The position numbers were made by a program, and so were the translations under genes. The notes below the pieces were generated by a model, which had not been told where the DNA came from, made no database searches, and saw nothing but the letters and a program-made list of their open reading frames with translations. Positions 9,206 to 19,032 of a stretch of 64,000 nucleotides of DNA are shown here, in pieces (within the stretch, counting starts at the first letter, position 1; each line of letters begins with the position of its first letter). The DNA comes from a virus. The stretch lies in the IMG/VR virus record IMGVR_UViG_3300031133_000426; one strand, given 5' to 3'.

Positions 9206-10231
9206 ATGGATAACAATATTAATTATATTCACCAACAAATTATAGAACTTTTTTCTTTGCATAATATTGTTTTTGAAAAAAACATAGGCTCTTATGGAGT
9301 TGTTTATTACTCTTTTACTTTTTCTAGAGAACTCGCTAGTATTTTTGAATCCTTAACTGGATTATCTGCCTCTCGTATGTTACAACAGCATGCTTTTCAA
9401 CAATTCTGCAGTTTTATCCGAACAGAGCAAATGCCAGAATCATTTATCAAAATAACCTCTCAAACAATAACAATAGATGTTTGTTTTTGTTTATCATTGG
9501 TCTTGTGTAATTCTGGTGAATGGACAAGCTGTAGATATGATGTTCCTACATCTTTTGATGAAATATATCTAACAGAACTTGAGATGATTTCTTTACATCC
9601 TTCAATAAAATCTTTTAATGACCTAGTTACTTGTAACAATACAGATATTTATAGTTTATTTGCAGAACGTATGCGAAAAATTAATTTAAATATGTATACA
9701 GAATCGCAATTTATTGAAGACTTTAATTTGAATATTCAGTATGGAACACTTCATCCTGTACCTAGTAATTGTCTTAATAAGTTAATTTCAACTATATTTT
9801 CTGTTTCTGACCGTCATCTTATGAATCAAATTATATTGTTAACTAATTTTTCGTCTCAACTTATTATGCGACAACAAGAAGGTGTTTTTATTGGGTTCAA
9901 TTTTGAACATGACAGTTTGAATAAGATTTTAATTTCGAATAATTATTTTATTCATCCTATATATACTTTTATTTTTAAAGACTTCTATACTTCAAAATAT
10001 TACCATAGTCATTATCCACTGGAACTATCAATTCTAGAAGGCTCAGATATGTTTCGATTAACTTATCCTTTACCTAACGGTGATTTATATTTTAATCTTT
10101 TTAAATCTTTGGATTGTGTATATAATCATCTCTTGGAATTGTTCAGACAAGATATCCTTGATACTTTGAATATTTCAATTGAGGATTTCAAACAACAACA
10201 TTTTGACCTGTATCATATGTCCATAATTTAG
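9206..10231 (+). CDS. very AT-rich hypothetical protein
   Basis: Long ORF; GAGG SD before MDNN. Confidence 0.7.
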   Translation: MDNNINYIHQQIIELFSLHNIVFEKNIGSYGVVYYSFTFSRELASIFESLTGLSASRMLQQHAFQQFCSFIRTEQMPESFIKITSQTITIDVCFCLSLVLCNSGEWTSCRYDVPTSFDEIYLTELEMISLHPSIKSFNDLVTCNNTDIYSLFAERMRKINLNMYTESQFIEDFNLNIQYGTLHPVPSNCLNKLISTIFSVSDRHLMNQIILLTNFSSQLIMRQQEGVFIGFNFEHDSLNKILISNNYFIHPIYTFIFKDFYTSKYYHSHYPLELSILEGSDMFRLTYPLPNGDLYFNLFKSLDCVYNHLLELFRQDILDTLNISIEDFKQQHFDLYHMSII

Positions 10232-10300
10232 CTCTAAAAGCTTTACAAATATTCTATTTTTTGGTACAATCACTGTCTATTCAGTTACAGGACATTTTTT

Positions 10301-10846
10301 ATGGCTAACTCTACTCGCAGTGTGCAAGCGGCTCTTGATATCGATATCAAAGAGATTGAAGATTTTGATGATATGTATGCTGTTATGTCCTACTACAAAC
10401 AGTTTTTTGCTCAAATGGAAAATAATCTCAGAACAGCCTCCAATAAATTCAATCAAATGCACCAATACATGCTGACTGTATTGAAAGATGATCGGTCTAA
10501 ATCTATCATTATTGATGAAATTGATCTTTTGAAGTCTTTCAATAAGCTGATTGAGATCTCGGGTGAGGTGGGTTCTCCTATTAACAAGGAAGCTTATAAA
10601 GAAGCTTTTGAGTTTTTTGTGTCGGATCTTTTGAAAAGTGAACAAGGTATTGCAAAAACTCAACAATTCATTGGATTTACGGTTATTGCCACTCGCCTTG
10701 ACAATACTGCTGAGCAAGTAAAACGTGCAAAGCTGGCTCATATGGAAAACTTCATTGATATGCTGGTTCGTCAAAAAAATGGCAAATCTTACATTGATTT
10801 AACTGTGCATGGATTGGCTGACAAAATTCAAGATGGACAAATTTAA
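10301..10846 (+). CDS. hypothetical protein
   Basis: Promoter, AGGA SD, TTCG-loop terminator ~10863. Confidence 0.75.
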   Translation: MANSTRSVQAALDIDIKEIEDFDDMYAVMSYYKQFFAQMENNLRTASNKFNQMHQYMLTVLKDDRSKSIIIDEIDLLKSFNKLIEISGEVGSPINKEAYKEAFEFFVSDLLKSEQGIAKTQQFIGFTVIATRLDNTAEQVKRAKLAHMENFIDMLVRQKNGKSYIDLTVHGLADKIQDGQI

Positions 10847-11051
10847 GAAAATTCTGTACACAAAGAGGCTTCGGCCTCTTTTTATTTTATAAATATTGTT
10901 TTTATTATTTATTGTTGATATACTTTTGTCTTATTCGATTTTGTTTTATGGCTTATTTAGTCAAAGTAGCTACTTAATATATTATTAATATTAATACCTA
11001 GGCTTATGGCTATTATTGCTAACAATCTGGATATAACTTTTGGAGGTTATA

Positions 11052-11462
11052 ATGTTTAAACTTACCGATTTACTTGTTAATATATTTTTCTATTTTAAAA
11101 TCAATTTTATTCGTGTATCTCTTTATATGGATTATAATATAAATAACTTAGCATTTGATTATGTTCGTAATGGTCGTGGAAAGATTCTTCTTGCTCATAT
11201 TAAATATATTCCTTCTCAAAATATCAATTCAGTTTTATATACATTGCCTCTCAAGCGTCAATCTTTCACACTGGATGTATCACTTCGTTCTATCTCGATG
11301 CATTGTTGGGAAGGCAATACTTTAACATCAGATTACAGCAAACCTGTTTATTTACTGGCATCTTTTGCGTTCCAAGTTGAATTCTTCGAACGTATGAATG
11401 AGGCAAGAAACAAACAAATAGCTAGGTTTTCAAAAAAAATGGTAGAAACAGCTTCCATTTAA
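11052..11462 (+). CDS. hypothetical protein
   Basis: GGAGG SD before MFKL. Confidence 0.6.
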   Translation: MFKLTDLLVNIFFYFKINFIRVSLYMDYNINNLAFDYVRNGRGKILLAHIKYIPSQNINSVLYTLPLKRQSFTLDVSLRSISMHCWEGNTLTSDYSKPVYLLASFAFQVEFFERMNEARNKQIARFSKKMVETASI

Positions 11463-11486
11463 AAAGCAGTTTTGCTATAATAGAAC

Positions 11487-11541
11487 CATCAAAGCGGCAG
11501 GGGGCGAGCATCCAACTAAGCCTTTCCCTTTGTTTATGCTC
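11487..11541 (+). promoter_or_regulatory. structured 5' leader motif, copy A
   Basis: CATCAAAGCGGCAGGGGGCGAGCATCCAACTAAGCCTTTCCCTTTG right after TATAAT (11476); also at 51708 and 52668. Confidence 0.75.
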
Positions 11542-11566
11542 TCTTATTGCAAAGAAGGATGTCATT

Positions 11567-11908
11567 ATGAAAACTCTCGCAGTGGCTCTTGTTTTTTCTC
11601 TTTTGACAGGTTGTGCAGGTGTAGGTTCTTATGGCAATGGTTCTTATCAACAACGCCAGATTGAACGTAAATGCCAAGTCTCGGCTCAGAAAAATGCACA
11701 AACGGCTTACATTCGAAAAGCCAGTACTGTCAAGTTTGCTTCCAGCCAGAAAGAAGCCTATAAGGCTCAGGAAACCTTTGCAAAGCGAATGGATTCCATT
11801 CAGAAAGGCTATAACAATTGTCTTGCCAGTGGTCAGCGTCAAGTTTACGAAGAGAAGCTTCGTCGGCAAATGACTTACAATGATGGCTATATCTTTAATC
11901 GCTATTAA
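11567..11908 (+). CDS. putative lipoprotein
   Basis: MKTLAVALVFSLLTG/C lipobox. Confidence 0.7.
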   Translation: MKTLAVALVFSLLTGCAGVGSYGNGSYQQRQIERKCQVSAQKNAQTAYIRKASTVKFASSQKEAYKAQETFAKRMDSIQKGYNNCLASGQRQVYEEKLRRQMTYNDGYIFNRY

Positions 11909-11933
11909 TCATATCAACTAAAGGCTTTTAATC

Positions 11934-12491
11934 ATGACTCAAGTTAAAATCAATCTGAACAACCCACAAGATGCTCAATCGGCTATTAATGCTGTCTTGT
12001 CGGTCCAAATCAAGTTGCAAAAAATTGTAGATGCTTTGATGCATACTACTGCTGAACCTGATTATAAATATTTGATCAATTACTTGGTCAATGGTAAAGG
12101 TGTTTCGGCAATTGTCAGCAGTAGCACTCTGTATGAGGAATGCAATAAATTGACTGAGCGGTTAATTGCGGCGGGGGTTCATCAACTTGTTACTCAACAT
12201 TCCTATGCCGAAATTGGTCAAGCTACTTTGACCTATATGGTCGAAGAAAGAATGAAAAATAACCATCTGGTCATCAAAGGGTCAGACATTCGTTATAAGC
12301 TGTATAAGAATGGTAAAGAAAGTGAGCAATGGAAATACCTTTCGGACAGTGTTCAAATTATCATAAATAAACAAGATCTCAGTGAAGATGATTTGGCTGA
12401 TTTTCGTCAACGTCAATTGCAAGAAGCTCTGGACGCTGTTGCTAATCTAGGTTACACTGTGGATTCGGAAGGCATGTTGGTTGTCATCTGA
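11934..12491 (+). CDS. hypothetical, IKGSxIR family member 1
   Basis: IKGSDIR...LSDSVQIII shared with 13046 and 19033. Confidence 0.75.
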   Translation: MTQVKINLNNPQDAQSAINAVLSVQIKLQKIVDALMHTTAEPDYKYLINYLVNGKGVSAIVSSSTLYEECNKLTERLIAAGVHQLVTQHSYAEIGQATLTYMVEERMKNNHLVIKGSDIRYKLYKNGKESEQWKYLSDSVQIIINKQDLSEDDLADFRQRQLQEALDAVANLGYTVDSEGMLVVI

Positions 12492-12553
12492 TTGTATATG
12501 TACTTGTAGGCCGATAATTCGGCCTTAATTGATCCTTATTTATGGATTTTATC

Positions 12554-12979
12554 ATGCTGACTGTAAACGACATTCGCACTGTTTTCCCTGCAATCTTGCC
12601 CTTGACTGAGTATAATATCGCTTTAGCAGAGCAAGCCTTGGATTTTTTGTGGCATGAGCGACAAAAAGAAAGAGGCTATCTTATTACAGCAGAAAGGTCA
12701 GGTAGTTGTAAATTTGCCGCTCTTCTTGCTCGTGAACTGTTTGGTGGTCAATTGGCTGGTAATCTAGACCACGTTTTTGTTATCCTATCTGATGGTGCTG
12801 TGCTTGATCTGAATCGTCATCAACCTGATGTTGTTTATTTGGGGGAAAAAGCTCACTTCTCATTTGGTAGAGCACTGCATCACTATGAATATCGTCAGGC
12901 TCTTTCATCGTGTGTGCCAAGAGTTAATAAATGGAAAAACTGGGTTTTGAGTCAGATTGATATTCAAAAAACAGCCTAA
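12554..12979 (+). CDS. putative papain/transglutaminase-like fold protein (Cys-His-Asp)
   Basis: GSCKFAALL ... DHVFV ... VLDL. Confidence 0.45.
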   Translation: MLTVNDIRTVFPAILPLTEYNIALAEQALDFLWHERQKERGYLITAERSGSCKFAALLARELFGGQLAGNLDHVFVILSDGAVLDLNRHQPDVVYLGEKAHFSFGRALHHYEYRQALSSCVPRVNKWKNWVLSQIDIQKTA

Positions 12980-13045
12980 TATCCTTGATCTAAAATCTTT
13001 TTTTTGTTAAAATAGCACGACTCAAACAAACCAAGGGCACATTTC

Positions 13046-13630
13046 ATGACACAAGACACCAAACACATGTTGACACTTGATCTTGAATCCATCAAAAATG
13101 TCAGCGATTTGAACAATGCACTGAACACTATCGAAAAATTGGTGGCAAACCTTAAAAATATTGCCAATGAAAGCAAACGTAATCCCAATGTTTGTTATGT
13201 TATCAATGTACTGCATGGTAATCAAGTTGAAACGGTTTCTTTCGACGATGCTAACATGTATGAAGAAGACGACTATATTCTTCAATGTATTCTTAAATTG
13301 AATATTCCAGAAGTTCCAGCAGAGTTGAACAATATTGAATGTGATGAAGGTGATATTGGTTATATCATTGATACACATTTGAGCGAAAATCAGCCTGTAT
13401 ATGAAATCTTGGGCAGTACAATTCGCTGTTCTGCCAAGGCCAAGAATGGGGCTTCTGATGTGCGGTTTTATCTGACGAATGCCACTCGCCTTATAATTAC
13501 ACGACTTCCTGTTTCTGATGTGCAACGTGTTCACGCTGGTTTTACGGAAATTCAGGATATTCGAAAAAAATATGCTTCATTGCGACACTTTATACACAAC
13601 GATGACAGTACGTTCACTTTCCAAGTTTAA
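13046..13630 (+). CDS. hypothetical, IKGSxIR family member 2
   Basis: ILGSTIR...LTNATRLIITRLP...DSTFTFQV. Confidence 0.7.
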   Translation: MTQDTKHMLTLDLESIKNVSDLNNALNTIEKLVANLKNIANESKRNPNVCYVINVLHGNQVETVSFDDANMYEEDDYILQCILKLNIPEVPAELNNIECDEGDIGYIIDTHLSENQPVYEILGSTIRCSAKAKNGASDVRFYLTNATRLIITRLPVSDVQRVHAGFTEIQDIRKKYASLRHFIHNDDSTFTFQV

Positions 13631-13670
13631 TACACTATTAAACAATAAAGGTGCTTAACGGCACCTTTTT

Positions 13671-14057
13671 TTATACTTCATATATTATTTCTGGATACTC
13701 TTCTCTTTCACCTAAAACCACTTCATTAATTTCTGATGATTTCTTTATGTAATTGTATCTTTCGTGTATTATTTGTTTTTCTTCATGTGTAAATACCTCA
13801 GACAGCAATATATAATTCGTTGTTGTGGCTATATCAGATAGTTGCGGAAATTTTGAAGGAGCTATTCTGTTTGATTCAATAATCTTAATTAATTCTTCTT
13901 CTGTTTTTTGATTACATATATCACAAGGGATATAACCTGTACCACTCAGTTTTCTTTTAATACGATTAACTTTGTGTTGTTCTTTATTGAATGCTTCTAT
14001 GCAGCATGGTGGATAACCATAATATCGACCACTAATGGAATATATCCTAATTCCCAT
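13671..14057 (-). CDS. Cys-containing hypothetical protein
   Basis: GRYYGYPPCCI...GYIPCDIC; AGGAG SD on - strand. Confidence 0.65.
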   Translation of the reverse strand: MGIRIYSISGRYYGYPPCCIEAFNKEQHKVNRIKRKLSGTGYIPCDICNQKTEEELIKIIESNRIAPSKFPQLSDIATTTNYILLSEVFTHEEKQIIHERYNYIKKSSEINEVVLGEREEYPEIIYEV

Positions 14058-14186
14058 AATTATCTCCTTGACCTATTTATTAGTCTAAGAGGATATCATT
14101 TAAAATCAATAGGCATCTACGAATAAATCTTGATTTTGTAGTCATTTTTTGATATAATAAACATCTACAATCAAAGAGCCTACTAG

Positions 14187-14672
14187 ATGAAAACTCAACT
14201 GTTCAAATTGTTCAGTACCTTTTTCAAAAAAGAAATGCAAGCGATTTCTACTCACTCTGTTGAAATTTACAAACAAGAAGAAAAAAATCGGCGTAGAGAA
14301 TTTGACTATGCAGAACTGGAAATTATGGTAGGACACCGCGTCATTGCTATTTCAAATGAATGGGAGAATCCACTGATAGGTGTAGCCACTTCAATTGTTG
14401 AAATTACTCAGGCTAAAAATCCACGTTTGGTTATTAAAGACTATTTGACGGGCCAAGAGCTTGTTCCTTTTGGTAAAGTGTATATTTTTACTGAACAGCG
14501 TTTAAATGCGATTCTGACACTTGATCCTTTTGAACTTTGTTCTTTGTTGTATACCAATTTTTATTATGATTGTACTTACGAAAAGAAAATGCGTAGTCAC
14601 CGGGATAGTGCTGATATTATTCGATCAAAATTGCAAAAAAGTGGTTTTTTTGAAATAGAAAGTCTAGTTTAA
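14187..14672 (+). CDS. hypothetical protein
   Basis: Own promoter; long ORF. Confidence 0.7.
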   Translation: MKTQLFKLFSTFFKKEMQAISTHSVEIYKQEEKNRRREFDYAELEIMVGHRVIAISNEWENPLIGVATSIVEITQAKNPRLVIKDYLTGQELVPFGKVYIFTEQRLNAILTLDPFELCSLLYTNFYYDCTYEKKMRSHRDSADIIRSKLQKSGFFEIESLV

Positions 14673-14758
14673 TGATTTGCATATTTACTCAAAATACACT
14701 TTCTTTCGGTTAGATTTTTTGTTATAATTTGATTCTCAACTATAAAGGAATTCTTCTA

Positions 14759-15217
14759 ATGGGCAATTTTTCTTACATCTCTCAAAATGACGACGAGCCT
14801 CTGCTTAATCCTTGGCACCAAGAAACTCTGTGTGAGTTGCAGTTCTTGATAGAGGGTAATGTAATTGAAAAAATGCGGGGTGTTTACAATGGTTATGGCT
14901 CTGTAAAAACTGATAAGCCTTTTGTTCATCAAGTTTTGAAAGATGGTGAATGGGTTAATATGACTGAGCAAACCCTTGCTAGTGCATCTGCTCGGAAAAG
15001 CTCTGGTGCTCTGTGGATTTTGAAAGATTGGGATAGTATTGTTGGGTTCCACTATTCTAACGATATTAGTAGTGGTATTGCAGCATGGCACCTTCGTAAT
15101 CTGGAACAAAATATCCCTGATGCTAGTACTCGCAGTGAAGATGACGAGGATCAAGGCGACCGTCCCAATCACTACTATGATGAAGAAGAAGTGGATGATG
15201 AGGAAGATTATCGTTAA
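14759..15217 (+). CDS. hypothetical protein with acidic tail
   Basis: AAGGA SD; C-terminus EDDEDQGD...DEEEVDDEEDYR. Confidence 0.7.
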   Translation: MGNFSYISQNDDEPLLNPWHQETLCELQFLIEGNVIEKMRGVYNGYGSVKTDKPFVHQVLKDGEWVNMTEQTLASASARKSSGALWILKDWDSIVGFHYSNDISSGIAAWHLRNLEQNIPDASTRSEDDEDQGDRPNHYYDEEEVDDEEDYR

Positions 15218-15318
15218 TTTCATTCATTTAAATAGAGAGCCACATTACTGCTAATGTGGCTTTTTTGTTGTGAAATTAAAAATACATCTACAATAATTAA
15301 TACCTATGGAGGCTATTT

Positions 15319-16548
15319 TTGATGTTTTCTTATTTTAAATCTTCGAATAAAAAAAATTATTTGATCCGTAAAATAATTAAGGAGTCTCCTTCTTGTGTTC
15401 AAGATTTATTATTAACAAAATATTTTAAATTAGGCAGTGAATATCCACAACTGACTGATTCTGTAATTGATGATGTTTCTGTTATTTATCGTGTATTAAG
15501 GTCATCTTGTTTAAATACCACATTTATATATATCAATCCATTTACCAACAAGCATATTAAAATAAATGTTTTAGTTGAAGAATCTACATCTGATTTGAAA
15601 CGATATTCATGTATGTCGATTTCGAATAAAAATTTATTCAATCGTACCTATTTTGATCTATTTGAAATATTTATATGCAGAAATGATTTTATTAATATTA
15701 ACACTTGTTTAGATCCTTTTAATTTATTTAAATATATTTTTTATCATGAACTGGCTCATGCTAGTTGTATTGATTACTTTAATGACAACAAACACTATTC
15801 TGAGATAAGTGCTGATTTATCTTCAATTATATATTGTATCAAAAAAGACAACTTGTCTTTGACAGATTCAAAGAATTTGATTGCCAGATTACTTAATTTT
15901 CGAATTTCTACTATTAATATATCTACATACTTAGGCAAATATAAATCTGCTGTTCGAACTCATTCTACTGAACTTTATCTTATTGTATTTCGCTTGTTAA
16001 ATGAAGTCATGTTGAAAAAGATAAAGTCACTAGAAAACACTGATATTTTGCGTTTTGTTTCATTCTTAATTCAGTCAATGAATCATTTAGTAAAAAACGC
16101 CTATTCAATTGATTTTGACAACAAAGAGTTAATTAAATTTTTATTCTACAATAACTATAATCCAGATATTATAAAAACCAATAGCTCCACAAGAGCTTAT
16201 ATAAGAGCTACCCATGTTAAAAAAGAAAAAGACAAGTTGGCATTATATAACAATAGACATAATCAACCGTTATTATCTTTATCAGAACATTATCAAATCA
16301 AAGATTGCTGTTTAGATCATATATTATCTGATTTAACAATATTTAATGACTTTATGACTTTCAATTTGTTAAATAGTCACTTTGATTATTGTGTTCAAGA
16401 ACTGTTTAAACCGTATGAAGCACATCTTGTTTTTACAGAATCTTTTGATAAATTTAATCAGTTCAAAATTAAAAGAAGTCAGGTTAAATCAGATATTCCT
16501 TTTAATTTTAGCATTCATGATTTAAAACGTTTTTTGAAGCAATTATGA
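15319..16548 (+). CDS. very AT-rich protein, possible zincin (HExxH)
   Basis: YHELAHA motif; rest unrecognised. Confidence 0.55.
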   Translation: MMFSYFKSSNKKNYLIRKIIKESPSCVQDLLLTKYFKLGSEYPQLTDSVIDDVSVIYRVLRSSCLNTTFIYINPFTNKHIKINVLVEESTSDLKRYSCMSISNKNLFNRTYFDLFEIFICRNDFININTCLDPFNLFKYIFYHELAHASCIDYFNDNKHYSEISADLSSIIYCIKKDNLSLTDSKNLIARLLNFRISTINISTYLGKYKSAVRTHSTELYLIVFRLLNEVMLKKIKSLENTDILRFVSFLIQSMNHLVKNAYSIDFDNKELIKFLFYNNYNPDIIKTNSSTRAYIRATHVKKEKDKLALYNNRHNQPLLSLSEHYQIKDCCLDHILSDLTIFNDFMTFNLLNSHFDYCVQELFKPYEAHLVFTESFDKFNQFKIKRSQVKSDIPFNFSIHDLKRFLKQL

Positions 16549-16602
16549 ATTCATATTCAAAATCAACAAACTGCAGTTAAAAAAAAGACCCTTTTCAGGG
16601 CC

Positions 16603-16818
16603 TCATTTTGCGACTTCCGCATATTTCAAAAACATCCACTTAGGATAATTTTTACTGTCACCGTTTATATCATGGATAATGACATTTCCTGTTTTTGGAT
16701 CAATACCTTGATAAGTGAGGTTGGTGAAAAAGGCATAACGAGCAATAGCTTGTCCAATTTCAAATTTATCCAACATTTCTTGCGTGACAGGTTGAGTATT
16801 TTTCGATGATTTAGACAT
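16603..16818 (-). CDS. hypothetical protein
   Basis: GAGG SD on - strand; divergent from 16936. Confidence 0.6.
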   Translation of the reverse strand: MSKSSKNTQPVTQEMLDKFEIGQAIARYAFFTNLTYQGIDPKTGNVIIHDINGDSKNYPKWMFLKYAEVAK

Positions 16819-16935
16819 GATAACTTCCTCTATTGAATGGAGTGATTATACCAGAAATATTATTTTTAAACAAGGCTTCCATTTTGGATATTTTTATCGT
16901 ATAATTTACGCATTGAACCCCTTGAGGCTTTCTTC

Positions 16936-17343
16936 ATGTTTACACAGGATTTTATCAATTCCCCCTTGGGTCAAGCCGCTATGGCTTATGCAGAATCGGT
17001 GTATGTTGAACTTTTCAATGGTGGTGAGTTCACCTTGGCTGACCATCCCGATATGCGTGAAGATTTGATTCAATATCACATGGAGCCTGTTTACGAGGCT
17101 GTTCCAGCACGGCCTTTTCGTCACTTTGATGAAGATGATGTTGATGATTCTTTTGATGATATTGATCCACCTATTATCAGTGAAGGGCTTTCTCGTGAAG
17201 AAGCTGAAAAGCTGGTTCAAACAGCCACTTATGTATGGGTTTGCAACTACAAAGGTGAGCAAGAAGGTCCCGATTTTTTATTGAAAGATTTTGCTAAAAA
17301 CATGCGTATCTATCATGGAAAGTGGGATTATTCGCCTTCATAG
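16936..17343 (+). CDS. highly acidic protein
   Basis: FDEDDVDDSFDDIDPP; GAGG SD. Confidence 0.7.
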   Translation: MFTQDFINSPLGQAAMAYAESVYVELFNGGEFTLADHPDMREDLIQYHMEPVYEAVPARPFRHFDEDDVDDSFDDIDPPIISEGLSREEAEKLVQTATYVWVCNYKGEQEGPDFLLKDFAKNMRIYHGKWDYSPS

Positions 17344-17409
17344 CCATCAAATAGATTGTCAAAAAATATTTTTTCCGTTATAATAAAATTCTAATTTATG
17401 AGGTGTATT

Positions 17410-17652
17410 ATGAATAAACAACTTCAAGCTGACATGGCCGAAGTCTCTAATATTGGTACGAATAGTGAAATGGACCGGCTTGCTATTGCTACGTTGCTTG
17501 CACGCAATGAACGTCTTGTCGCCTTGTTGGGATGCCTTGTAGAAAGTATCACTGGTGAAACGGCTGGCAAAGAAATCAGTCCTCAATTGAAAGGCGATAT
17601 TGATCTTGCCAATAAAGCTCTTGATGAATTTGAAGAAAATCCACTTTATTAA
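17410..17652 (+). CDS. hypothetical protein
   Basis: GAGGTG SD. Confidence 0.7.
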   Translation: MNKQLQADMAEVSNIGTNSEMDRLAIATLLARNERLVALLGCLVESITGETAGKEISPQLKGDIDLANKALDEFEENPLY

Positions 17653-17733
17653 AATTTAGTTTTAAAATACGGTTGTTTTTATCTTTTATTGTTGTTATAA
17701 TAACAAAAGATCAAATTATACAGGTGAAATTTT

Positions 17734-18243
17734 ATGTCTATTATTACTACTTTGCTGGAATTGCTTACCGTTATGGATAAAGATCCTTCTGTTAAGGAAC
17801 ACTTTTCCAAAGAAATTGACATCATTAAATTTCTTCGTTCGAAAGGCGAATATAAAGAAATTTTTCGTTATCTGAATATGATTCCTCATATTTCTAATGG
17901 AACTTCAATTCAAGATACTGTCTATGATACCGTCAATGTTCTTCATAAAGAATTTTTGGTTGAGCAGCGTGAGTTAGAAATTCTAAAAGGAACCAATGAA
18001 ATCAATGCATTGCTTGCGGTAGTGCAAAATTTGGTAGGTCAGCAATACCCGATTGCTCTTCGAGAATCTTCTGGTAATATTCAGAACGTTAAAGTAGAAT
18101 TTTCGCACTTCTTGAAGGATATGAAAGTGTCTGATCATCCTCATAAAAAACTGATTCTTTTCACGCTTCACCAAGCAATGGCTAAAAATGAAGAACTTTA
18201 TCCAGAATTTGATGTTGTAGTTCACAACAAAAAACACTGGTGA
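17734..18243 (+). CDS. hypothetical protein
   Basis: Own promoter, AGGTG SD. Confidence 0.7.
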   Translation: MSIITTLLELLTVMDKDPSVKEHFSKEIDIIKFLRSKGEYKEIFRYLNMIPHISNGTSIQDTVYDTVNVLHKEFLVEQRELEILKGTNEINALLAVVQNLVGQQYPIALRESSGNIQNVKVEFSHFLKDMKVSDHPHKKLILFTLHQAMAKNEELYPEFDVVVHNKKHW

Positions 18244-18274
18244 CATTAACAATTTTGATTTATAATCTGTTTTC

Positions 18275-18559
18275 ATGGATAAAATGAGGTGTGTAATGGC
18301 ATTGTCTGTCAGTGTGCTTAACAGTAGTCGATTTCCTAATTTGTTGTGTAAATCTTCTCATGGTCATTATTATATGGGTGGCCCAAGCAATTCGGCTGTC
18401 ATTTTTTCTGACATGGCTGAATTTCAAGTTTTTTTTAACAAGCTCAAATCCATGAAATGGGATGATTACTCGATCAGTCAATATGATCTGGATGTTTTTA
18501 CTATTGTTAATCAAGAATTAAAGTTTTCTATTGTTGATAAAATCGTTCAACTCGATTGA
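18275..18559 (+). CDS. hypothetical protein
   Basis: ORF with GAGGTG SD (likely start 18296). Confidence 0.6.
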   Translation: MDKMRCVMALSVSVLNSSRFPNLLCKSSHGHYYMGGPSNSAVIFSDMAEFQVFFNKLKSMKWDDYSISQYDLDVFTIVNQELKFSIVDKIVQLD

Positions 18560-18624
18560 AAAAGATATACAACTAGCCTTTTTTTAGCTATAATAGCCTC
18601 ATGAGCTAATGCCATGGGGCTTTT

Positions 18625-18957
18625 ATGTATTATCATGTCACTCCTACTTCCAATCTCGAATCTATCATCAAAAATGGGCTGCAGCCTTCAATCGGTGAAC
18701 GTTCATTGGATAGGGGAGAAAATGAGCAACGTATTTACTTATTTACCAGCAAGCAAGCCTGTGAAGATGCTTTATCCACTTGGCTTGGTGAATGTTTTGA
18801 AAATGAAGAACCTGAATTTTTAACCATATTGGAAATCGATCCTGCTGGTATTACAGGTATTTCCGAGGCTTCATTTGAAATTGCCTGTTGTCATATTATT
18901 TCAGCGTCTTTCATTATTGCTATTTATGACGAATTTTTTCTAAAAAAAATTCTTTAA
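18625..18957 (+). CDS. stand-alone ADP-ribosyltransferase-fold (Tpt1 C-lobe-like) protein
   Basis: YHVT..SNLESIIKNGLQP...RIYL parallels LYHGT..FVDAILAEGLKK...HVHL of the KptA at 47024. Confidence 0.55.
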   Translation: MYYHVTPTSNLESIIKNGLQPSIGERSLDRGENEQRIYLFTSKQACEDALSTWLGECFENEEPEFLTILEIDPAGITGISEASFEIACCHIISASFIIAIYDEFFLKKIL

Positions 18958-19032
18958 AAAGCATATTTTTGTTGTGATAATGTAGTTTTTTATGTATACT
19001 AACCATCTTCTTAATCCAAAGGTATTGTAATT

